Assembly: GCA_048937405.1 (NCBI GenBank)
Contig: JBHLNF010000011.1
Coordinates: 32,001-96,000, forward strand
Source: Promethearchaeota archaeon
Lineage (GTDB): Archaea; Asgardarchaeota; Lokiarchaeia; Sigyniarchaeales; SOKP01
Direction of reading: 5' to 3'
Length of the DNA: 64,000 bases
Below the pieces are notes generated by a model. That model ran no database searches. It was not told the DNA's origin and was given only the letters and a program-made list of their open reading frames with translations. Of the stretch, positions 1 through 8,068 are shown one piece after another; position 1 is the stretch's first letter, and every line of letters begins with the position of its first letter. Made by a program: the position numbers and the translations under genes.

Positions 1-145
1 ATGATAAATATGAATTTATCAAATAAAAACATTTTCATTATGTATTAACAATAAAATTCTCAAATAATCTTTTTCTATCTCTTTTACATTTTAAAATTAT
101 TCTTATTTAGTTATATTTTTTTGTGAGAATGTCTTAGATTGCATT

Positions 146-778
146 ATGAGTTTATTAAAATTAGGCGCAATTGCTTCTGGTTCAGGCTCAAATTTTGAAT
201 CAATAGTTAATGCATGTGAAAATGGGATTTTAAAAGATAAGGCAATAGTAGAAGTATTAATTTGTAATAAAGCGGGAGCTTTTTGTATGGAAAGAGCTAA
301 AAATCATAATATTCCTTATTTTTTGATTGAATCGGATAATTATACAGGTACAAGAGAAGAATTTGACCAAAAAATGATAGAAATATTGGATAATTATAAA
401 TGTGAACTTATTGTACTAGTTGGTTATATGCGTTTTGTTAGTGAAATATTCATAAATCATTTTAAAGGAAAGATCATGAACATTCATCCCGCTCTTCTTC
501 CGAGTTTTAAAGGTATGCACGCCCATGAAGATGCATTAGCCTATGGTGTTAAAATTTCGGGAGTTACTGTTCATTTCGTTGATATTCATGAAGATCATGG
601 TCCAATAATAATTCAAAAATGCGTACCTGTCTATGATACAGATACGAAAGAAACTTTAGGAACGAGAATTTTAGAATGGGAACATAAAGCTTTTCCTAAA
701 GCTATAGAACTTTTCTATGATGGAAAATTGCATGTTGATGGAAGAATTGTTAAAATAGATGGAGAAGTTAAATTATAA
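146..778 (+). CDS. purN: Phosphoribosylglycinamide formyltransferase
   Basis: ASGSGSN phosphate-binding loop, LVGYMR, NIHPALLPSFKG, GVTVHFVD..DHGPII motifs. Confidence 0.95.
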   Translation: MSLLKLGAIASGSGSNFESIVNACENGILKDKAIVEVLICNKAGAFCMERAKNHNIPYFLIESDNYTGTREEFDQKMIEILDNYKCELIVLVGYMRFVSEIFINHFKGKIMNIHPALLPSFKGMHAHEDALAYGVKISGVTVHFVDIHEDHGPIIIQKCVPVYDTDTKETLGTRILEWEHKAFPKAIELFYDGKLHVDGRIVKIDGEVKL

Positions 779-797
779 CTTTTACTTTATTTACTTA

Positions 798-899
798 GGG
801 AAATGACTTTTTCTTTGACCTATCTGACCCAACTGAGATTGATTATTAAATTATCAATTAAATGAAGAAGATCTTGAGTAGTGAGAAAATTCATTTCCC
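798..899 (+). ncRNA. Box C/D guide sRNA, predicted to direct 2'-O-methylation of C34 of tRNA-Leu(CAA)
   Basis: Terminal stem 798-813/885-899; C box variant TTGACCT 815-821; D' CTGA 833-836; internal hairpin about 838-858; C' ATGAAGA 862-868; 12-nt guide AGATCTTGAGTA 869-880; D box variant GTGA 881-884 with compensatory C-G pair; guide is complementary to ACTCAAGATC. Confidence 0.72.
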
Positions 900-986
900 G
901 CTAATTTCATTTCTTAGAAATCCTAAAATTTTAATCAGAGTAATTATAATCCTTAATAAAATTACAGATAATTTATTAGTTGAATA

Positions 987-3176
987 ATGCCTCGTAGAAA
1001 GGAAATCGCAGAAATACTAAAGCTTATGGAAAAAACTAAAAATATCAGAAATTTTGGTTTAGTTGGACATATAGATCATGGAAAAACAACACTTTCAGAT
1101 TCTCTACTAAGCGAAGCGGGTTTTTTATCCTCAGATTTAGCAGGAGAGGCACGTGCTTTAGATTTTCTTGAGGAAGAACAAAGACGTGGTATTACTATGA
1201 AATCCGCGAACATTTCTTTATACTATGAAAAATCTCTAGAAGGTTATGATCCTTTTCTAATTAATTTAGTAGATACACCAGGTCATTTAGACTTCAGTGG
1301 AAAAGTAACCCGGGCACTTAGGTTGGTAGATGGAGTGGTAGTTGTAGTTGATGCTGTTGAAGAAGTAATAACTCAATCTGAAACGGTAATAAAACAGGCT
1401 TTACAGGAGGGTGTCAAACCTGTACTGTTTATTAATAAAATCGATCGTCTAATTAGAGAATTAAGGCTTTCAGATGGAGAAATTAAAGAAAAATATATAA
1501 GAATTATAAAATCATTCAATACACTTATAGAAAGATTTGCCACACATCCTTTTAATAAAAAATGGAAAGTTTCCCCTCTTGCGGGTAATGTTGCGTTTGG
1601 TTCAGCACTTCATAAATGGGGTTTTACATTAAACATTTTGGAAAAAAGTAGTTTAAAATTCCGTGATATTAGAGAAAGATATAATAAAGAGACCTATACA
1701 AAAGAAACTTATGCAGATTTAGCTACCTATTTTCCAATTCATAAAGCTATATTGGAAATGGTTGTTGATCATTTACCAAATCCTATAGAAGCTCAAAAAT
1801 ATAGAATTAAGAAAATATGGGACGGGGATATTAATTCTGAGTTAGGAAAAGCAATGGTTAATTGTGATCCTAATGGTCCCTTAATTGTATGTTTAAGTAA
1901 AGTTCAAGTTGATAAACATGGTTTAATATCCACAGGAAGGATATTTTCAGGTAGTTGTACAAATAAGAAGGAAATCTTTCTTTTAAATGAAAATACTTAT
2001 GAGAGAATTCAACGTCTTGCCATTTTTATGGGACAAAGAAGGGAACACGCAGAGAAAATACCTGTTGGTAATATTGTAGCAATAGAAGGTCTCAAGAAGA
2101 TTAAAAGCGGAGAAACCATAATAGAAAGTGAAAAAATTGATAAAATGGTACCATTTGAAAGTGTAAAGTATATTACTACTCCAGTTGTAACTGTCTCAAT
2201 TGAACCTGAGTATCTAAGAGATCTAGATAAAATGAAGGAGTTAATAGAAAATCTATTAATAGAAGATCCAAATTTGAAATTCGATATAAATAAAGAAAAT
2301 GGTGAATTTCTTTTATCTGGTGCGGGACCTCTCCACCTGGAGGTAACAGCAAATGAAATTGGAAAGAGAGGGATAAATGTTTCAATTTCTGAGCCTAGAG
2401 CCGTTTTTAAAGAATCCTGTCGAAAAAAGTCCCCTTTAATCTCAGTAACCTCACCTAATAGTACTAGCTTTCTTAAATTAAGAATTGAGCGGTTAGATGA
2501 GATAACTATAAAGTTTTTTCAAGATGTTGATTATAAGACAATAAAACCATTTACAAAACTAAAAGAGATCCTCAGAGAAAAAACTTCACTTAATGAAGAG
2601 GAAATTGAGAACTTTTGGATGTGTGATTATGATCAAAACATCTTAATATATAAGTGTGAATTTGAATTAAAGGAATTTTATAAAAATGCAATCCAAGAAA
2701 TCATTGAAAAGATCCATTTAAATGGTCCTTTATGTGCTGAAAAAATAGCAGAAATTAAAATTACAATTGAAGGATTAAATATATCTGATATACCAGACGA
2801 AAATATTTTTACCGAATTATCAGTTATGTTTTATGACGCTATTAAAAAAGGATTAAATGAAGCAGAATTAATTCTTCTTGAGCCAATATATCATACTATC
2901 ATCCAACTTCCTCCAGATTATATTAAAAATACTATGTCATTACTTACTAAATATTCTGCTAAGATTAAGATGGTAGATCAAGATAAAGATTATCAAGCAG
3001 TTATGGAAATTTTAATTCCTGTGAGGCATTCAATAAAGTTTGCTGAAGAAATTCGGTCAACAAGTTCAGGAAGAGCATTTTGGCAAAATGAATTTTATGC
3101 TTTTATGGAAGTTCCACCGCATGAATCTCAAAAATTAATTCAAGAAATTAAATTTTTCAAAGGAATATCTTGGTAG
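987..3176 (+). CDS. fusA: Elongation factor 2 paralogue (aEF-2p-like, diphthamide loop absent)
   Basis: GHIDHGKTT, RGITM, DTPGH, NKID GTPase motifs; GPLHLEV; domain IV lacks the HEDxxHRG motif. Confidence 0.88.
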   Translation: MPRRKEIAEILKLMEKTKNIRNFGLVGHIDHGKTTLSDSLLSEAGFLSSDLAGEARALDFLEEEQRRGITMKSANISLYYEKSLEGYDPFLINLVDTPGHLDFSGKVTRALRLVDGVVVVVDAVEEVITQSETVIKQALQEGVKPVLFINKIDRLIRELRLSDGEIKEKYIRIIKSFNTLIERFATHPFNKKWKVSPLAGNVAFGSALHKWGFTLNILEKSSLKFRDIRERYNKETYTKETYADLATYFPIHKAILEMVVDHLPNPIEAQKYRIKKIWDGDINSELGKAMVNCDPNGPLIVCLSKVQVDKHGLISTGRIFSGSCTNKKEIFLLNENTYERIQRLAIFMGQRREHAEKIPVGNIVAIEGLKKIKSGETIIESEKIDKMVPFESVKYITTPVVTVSIEPEYLRDLDKMKELIENLLIEDPNLKFDINKENGEFLLSGAGPLHLEVTANEIGKRGINVSISEPRAVFKESCRKKSPLISVTSPNSTSFLKLRIERLDEITIKFFQDVDYKTIKPFTKLKEILREKTSLNEEEIENFWMCDYDQNILIYKCEFELKEFYKNAIQEIIEKIHLNGPLCAEKIAEIKITIEGLNISDIPDENIFTELSVMFYDAIKKGLNEAELILLEPIYHTIIQLPPDYIKNTMSLLTKYSAKIKMVDQDKDYQAVMEILIPVRHSIKFAEEIRSTSSGRAFWQNEFYAFMEVPPHESQKLIQEIKFFKGISW

Positions 3177-3206
3177 AATGGATTTTTAATTTTAAGTAAT
3201 TAAAGA

Positions 3207-4565
3207 TTAAGTTCCAATGAATTTAATAATTTTATCTTTGATTTCATAATTTGGTAGGATATAATCTGCATAACCTTTTTCTGCAGCGAACTTAGGCATT
3301 GCATACAATATACACGTTTCTTCTGCCTCAGCAATTGTTTTTCCGCCTACTTTTTTAATTGCCCCTAAACCTTCTACTCCATCTGATCCCATCCCGGTTA
3401 GAATTACCCCCATAGCACGATTTCTATAAATTTTTGCTGCCGAAAAAAATAATACATCTATGGAAGGCATACAAAAGTTAACTGGAGTTCCTTTATAAAT
3501 TTTAATTGAAGGTGTTTTATTTTTTACAGAAATTTCCATATGCATATCACCTGGAGCAAGATACACATGTCCTGGTTGAAGAAATTCTCCATTTTTTGCT
3601 ACTTTTATTTTAAGAACACATTCCATATCTAAATTATCTGCAAATGCATCAGTAAAATGAGAAGATAAATGCTGAACAATTAAGATTGGAGCATTAATAC
3701 TTCTTGGAATTTCTTTTAATATTGTTGTGATAGTTCTAGGACCCCCAACACTAGCGCCTATAACAATAATATTTGAAGATATAGTAGATCCTTTGATCGG
3801 TGCAAGATCGAGAGTCCTACCAATTTTTCTCTTTTTGATTGGTGTTGATATTGATTTTTTTTGTAAAGTAGATTTAGCTATTTTCTTTTTTGCCTTTTTT
3901 TCTTCTGTTTCTGATTTGATAATTGGTGGTTTAGTAATTTCTTCTTCTGATACTTCTTCTACCATTTGGATATTTTTTTCATCCTTAAGGATTGCCTTGA
4001 CTTTCATAACCTCAAAGGCATCATGTTCTGGTTTTTCTTCAATTTCTTCAATTGGAGTTAATCTATTAAGATATTGTCCAAAATCGAATATACGATCAAC
4101 CATTTCTTGTCGAAGAGATCTACTTTTTTTCAATATACTCTCTTCTTTCCTGAAAATACGTTTAATCTGGGATTGTGATGCTAACAGTACCTTTGCAAGT
4201 AATTCCTCACGAAATCTTGGTAAATCTTTTGCCCCAATACCTCCAGGTTTTATAATATAATCAAATGCTCCCATCAAAAGTGCTTGAATGGAAGAATCTA
4301 GATTCTTTGGACTTATAGCTGAAAGGATAATTGTAGGCGTGGGATGTTCTTCCATAACTAACTTGAATGCATCTAATCCGTTCATTTTAGGCATTACCAA
4401 ATCTAAGACTAATACATCTGGGCTATGTTTTTTATTAAGTTCTACTGCTTCTTTTCCATCCTTTGCAAAGTCAACAATATTTATCGAATCATGTTCTTTA
4501 AGAATATCTGCAATACTCTTTCTTAAATATTGCGAATCATCCGCTATTAATACATCAATCGTCAA
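3207..4565 (-). CDS. cheB: Chemotaxis response regulator/methylesterase CheB, long-linker copy
   Basis: REC domain (IADDS, VLDLVMP, KP); methylesterase motifs GASVGGP, VQHL, PSIDVLF, LTGMGSDG. Confidence 0.95.
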   Translation of the reverse strand: MTIDVLIADDSQYLRKSIADILKEHDSINIVDFAKDGKEAVELNKKHSPDVLVLDLVMPKMNGLDAFKLVMEEHPTPTIILSAISPKNLDSSIQALLMGAFDYIIKPGGIGAKDLPRFREELLAKVLLASQSQIKRIFRKEESILKKSRSLRQEMVDRIFDFGQYLNRLTPIEEIEEKPEHDAFEVMKVKAILKDEKNIQMVEEVSEEEITKPPIIKSETEEKKAKKKIAKSTLQKKSISTPIKKRKIGRTLDLAPIKGSTISSNIIVIGASVGGPRTITTILKEIPRSINAPILIVQHLSSHFTDAFADNLDMECVLKIKVAKNGEFLQPGHVYLAPGDMHMEISVKNKTPSIKIYKGTPVNFCMPSIDVLFFSAAKIYRNRAMGVILTGMGSDGVEGLGAIKKVGGKTIAEAEETCILYAMPKFAAEKGYADYILPNYEIKDKIIKFIGT

Positions 4566-4639
4566 ATAAATTTCCTATTTGCTATTAATTAAATATTCTA
4601 ATAATTAGTAAAGTAAGAAAATTTATATGTTACTAAAAG

Positions 4640-4807
4640 TTAAAAAGGGATTGCTATAATTGCCCCAACTAATTCATCCTTAAATCCTTCTACTGAAGCT
4701 CGAGTAATTATCAAACCATCCAGATTAACGATTAAGACTGCTAAGAGGTTCTGCGCTTCATTCAATAATTTAGTAAGTAATTCTTCAAGATCAGTTACTT
4801 GAGATAT
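4640..4807 (-). pseudogene. Truncated Roadblock/LC7 (MglB-like) reading frame, 55 aa, ATA start; absent from the ORF track
   Basis: Translates ISQVTDLEELLTKLLNEAQNLLAVLIVNLDGLIITRASVEGFKDELVGAIIAIPF*; helix plus AVLIVNLDGLII hairpin is the roadblock N-terminal half (compare 53061 ORF: AIVNRNGLLISS); in-frame TGA two codons upstream. Confidence 0.7.
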
Positions 4808-4846
4808 TTCTCATTCCCTTTGATAGTGTTTTGTTGCTTCCACATT

Positions 4847-5506
4847 TCACAAATTAAGATCATATTTTAAGTTTAAAATCTCAAAAAGGCTCTTTAAAAT
4901 ACTAACAGAAGGTATAAGACAAATAATTCCTTCCAGATTTATTTCAGATACAGTTATTTTTGTATTTATTATAATCAAGTAATCTGATAATTGTGCATAT
5001 TTGGCAATTATAATATCTAAAATGGCATTTAAAGTATCTATTGCTATTTTTGGAATATTTGGAACCAACTTAATTGATAACATATCTGCTAAGGCATTTG
5101 TATAATGACCAGATAAAATGTTTCCTATTTCACTTATAATACTTAATGAAAATTCATCTAAATCCTCAATAGATTTTAGATCCTCAATCGTAAATCTTTC
5201 AGAATTTGTTAATATATTGATTAAATTAACGATTGATTCTTTGGTAAATATCTGAACAATTGCTAAATCTGATTTAAATTGAATTTCTGAATAGATTCCA
5301 ACCATATCAATTGATGTCTTCTCAAATAATTCAGGAACTTTCCAAAAAGAAACAATATCTATGGATGTTAATGAAACTTCAACCTTATTGTTAAGTAATT
5401 TTGATAGTGCTGTTATTGCATGTCCAGAGCCAATATTGCCAAGTTCTTTTAAAATATCTAGTTGTTCATAGCTTAATTTTATATCCCTTGAATCATTCAT
5501 CTTCAA
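4847..5506 (-). CDS. cheC: CheY-P phosphatase CheC
   Basis: Two D/S-x3-E-x2-N sites (DILKELGNIG, SIISEIGNIL); adjacent to cheD. Confidence 0.93.
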   Translation of the reverse strand: MKMNDSRDIKLSYEQLDILKELGNIGSGHAITALSKLLNNKVEVSLTSIDIVSFWKVPELFEKTSIDMVGIYSEIQFKSDLAIVQIFTKESIVNLINILTNSERFTIEDLKSIEDLDEFSLSIISEIGNILSGHYTNALADMLSIKLVPNIPKIAIDTLNAILDIIIAKYAQLSDYLIIINTKITVSEINLEGIICLIPSVSILKSLFEILNLKYDLNL

Positions 5507-5543
5507 TCATCTCAATTTTATATTCTTTTCATAAAAATCTTTT

Positions 5544-6092
5544 TTATTCACGTAATTTTTTAAATTTTGATTCTTTTGTCGAACTAACATATACAGAGAA
5601 TTCTTTAGTGTTAAACTTTACAACTCTACCTTCAGATCCTCCCGTATTTTCTCCAATAATTTTAATTTGTAATTCCTTCAATTTTTTTTTGATTGCATTA
5701 ATGTTTTCAGTGCCTATTGTATTGCCTTCGATATCAAAAATCTTAGAACCTCCAATTATAATTGCTTTTATATTTTTCTTTATAGCCCCATGTTTTATTA
5801 ATTCTTGAACTAATAATTTTACGGAGAGATCGGCATATTTATGAGGAAATTCAATATTTTTATGAAGTTTAGAATTAGAAAGTAATACATGAGACATTCC
5901 ACCAACTCTTTTGAGGGAGTCAAAAAGTATTAAAGCAATACAAGAACCTAATCCAATTATTGATATTTTTGGATCGAAATTTCTCACTTTATTTGTACTA
6001 TGTACAATTACATAATGCCCTATTGGTAAGGCAATTTCACCATCCTTACCTGTTATTTCAATACGTCCATTTGAATTTATCTTTTCCATCAT
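5544..6092 (-). CDS. cheD: Chemoreceptor glutamine deamidase CheD
   Basis: GLGSCIAL, GGMSHVLL, KYAD, GGSKIF, IGTENI, NTGGSEGR motifs. Confidence 0.93.
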   Translation of the reverse strand: MMEKINSNGRIEITGKDGEIALPIGHYVIVHSTNKVRNFDPKISIIGLGSCIALILFDSLKRVGGMSHVLLSNSKLHKNIEFPHKYADLSVKLLVQELIKHGAIKKNIKAIIIGGSKIFDIEGNTIGTENINAIKKKLKELQIKIIGENTGGSEGRVVKFNTKEFSVYVSSTKESKFKKLRE

Positions 6093-6109
6093 AAAGAATT
6101 GATATACAC

Positions 6110-7267
6110 TTATATTTCATCTTGAGAAATTGAATAATTACTAGCGAATTTTAACATCTGATCTTTAATTTCATAATTTGGAACTATTAATTTAGCAGCT
6201 CCTCTTTTTATGGCTGCTTTGGGCATACCAAAAACCACACAGGTCTGTTCTGATTCTGCAATTGTTTGACCTCCATTTTTTTTAATCGCTTCTAAACCAG
6301 CAGCACCATCCTGTCCCAATCCTGTTAGTAAAATTCCTAAAATTTGACTTTTATATACTTTTGCTGCTGAAAGAAATAACACATCCACCGAAGGCATACA
6401 AAAATTTACAGGTTCTCCATCTACAATCCTAATAAATTGTTGATTATTTCTTTCCACAACCTCCATATGTTTTCCTCCGGGACTAAGATATGTAATACCA
6501 GGAAGAATTTTTTCACCATTTACAGGGATTTTAACTTCAATATTACAGATCTCATTTAATGATTTTGTGAGTTCTTTCATGAAAAATGCATCTAAATGTT
6601 GAACAACTAAAATTGGCATAGGGAAATTTTTTGGAATATCTTTCAAAATTGTTCTTAAGGTTTTTGGTCCACCAGTACTAGTTCCGATTACTATTGCATT
6701 GGATTTAAATCTCGCTTTAGGTATTGGTTTCTTTTTTGGAATTTTTTCAATCTTCGTTTTTGGTTTTTTAGTTATTTGATATTCGGCACTATCTATAGTA
6801 GAATCAAAAGTTTTCTTAATTGATTTTTTTATTAATAAATTTCTTTTTTCATAAGTCTTTTTAATTTTACTAGCATAAAGCGTACTTAAAATTAATTTTT
6901 CTTTTAATTTGGGGAATTCTTTTTTCCATACTCCTTTTGGTTTCACAATAAAATCAAATGCTCCCAAAAGTAACGCTTGAACAGAATCATCTAATGTTTC
7001 TGGAGATTTAGATGTAAATATTATTGTAGGTATAGGATAATGTTCTGAAAGAAATTTAAAGACAGTTATTCCATCTACTTCAGGCATCATTAAATCCAAA
7101 ATTAGTACATCTGGATTAATAGTCTCAATTTTTTCAATTACTTCTCTTCCATTTATTGCAATATCTACTTTAGCTATTTCATCGCTTGATAATAACATAT
7201 TAGTGACTAATTTTCTCTGAAATGTTGAATCTTCTGCTAGTAACACTTTAATTGGTACTATAATCAC
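6110..7267 (-). CDS. cheB: Chemotaxis response regulator/methylesterase CheB, second copy
   Basis: REC (AEDS, ILDLMMP); GTSTGGP, VQHL, PSVDVLF, LTGLGQDG. Confidence 0.95.
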   Translation of the reverse strand: MIIVPIKVLLAEDSTFQRKLVTNMLLSSDEIAKVDIAINGREVIEKIETINPDVLILDLMMPEVDGITVFKFLSEHYPIPTIIFTSKSPETLDDSVQALLLGAFDFIVKPKGVWKKEFPKLKEKLILSTLYASKIKKTYEKRNLLIKKSIKKTFDSTIDSAEYQITKKPKTKIEKIPKKKPIPKARFKSNAIVIGTSTGGPKTLRTILKDIPKNFPMPILVVQHLDAFFMKELTKSLNEICNIEVKIPVNGEKILPGITYLSPGGKHMEVVERNNQQFIRIVDGEPVNFCMPSVDVLFLSAAKVYKSQILGILLTGLGQDGAAGLEAIKKNGGQTIAESEQTCVVFGMPKAAIKRGAAKLIVPNYEIKDQMLKFASNYSISQDEI

Positions 7268-7393
7268 CTTTTTTTAAATATTTTCGACAACTAATTTAAT
7301 TGAAACCAGTTATTTTCATCGATAAGTGAATCAGAAAATTATGATAATTCAATTCAAATCGAATATCATTATTAGGTCTCAATTTTAAACACT

Positions 7394-7945
7394 TTATTTT
7401 TCTAATAATTTTTCAATTTCAGCAAAACGTTGTTGAATATGAGTAATTGAATAAGTTATATGAGCTTGAATTTCCTTAATCTCAGAGAGGATTTTTCTAA
7501 TGCGAGATTTGACTGTTTTAGATAATTCTTTACCATCTCCCATTATTTCAGATTCCAAACTTTGTTCTGAGGATAAGTTTGCCCCATATATAGAAGACGC
7601 TTGAGTTTGAATTACATATCTAGATTGTCCTGGATATTGTAAGTTAGAATTTTGTTCTTTAATTTCTTTGAATATTATATGAAACTCTGAGGGTTCAAGA
7701 CCTTCTTTAATAACTTCATATTTAAAATTATAAAATTTTTTTTTTGTTTTAAGTTTTCCAGCAAAATTAGCTGCCATGTAACGATGGAATAATCGAGAAT
7801 GACTACCTGCCCAAATCCAAATTAGTTTTAATTCTTTGTCTACAATTAAATATACACTATTAGGATCAAAAATCTTCTCTGGTCTTAATTTTAGTGTTTC
7901 ACCTTGCACTTCGTAAATGTAATCGTAATAACCGCTTTTTAACAT
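7394..7945 (-). CDS. Single gelsolin-homology domain protein with C-terminal helical/coiled-coil segment
   Basis: FDPNSVYLIVD..LIWIWAG....LFHRYMAANFA...YEVIKEGLEPSEF fits the gelsolin/villin repeat consensus (vyild..iyvWiG...A..v.EG.Ep.eF). Confidence 0.8.
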   Translation of the reverse strand: MLKSGYYDYIYEVQGETLKLRPEKIFDPNSVYLIVDKELKLIWIWAGSHSRLFHRYMAANFAGKLKTKKKFYNFKYEVIKEGLEPSEFHIIFKEIKEQNSNLQYPGQSRYVIQTQASSIYGANLSSEQSLESEIMGDGKELSKTVKSRIRKILSEIKEIQAHITYSITHIQQRFAEIEKLLEK

Positions 7946-8029
7946 GACATTTCAGTAGATATTGGTTTTGTTGATATATTAAGACTTATTATAAATTTGG
8001 GTTTTTATATTTATTTTAGAAAATTTTAT

Positions 8030-8041
8030 AAAAAAAAAAAA
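8030..8041 (-). terminator. Oligo-U (T12 on minus strand) archaeal-type terminator after the CheW-CheC-CheC gene
   Basis: A12 run about 28 nt beyond the stop codon at 8069. Confidence 0.4.
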
Positions 8042-8068
8042 TAATTGTTTGATAGCTAGTAATAGATT

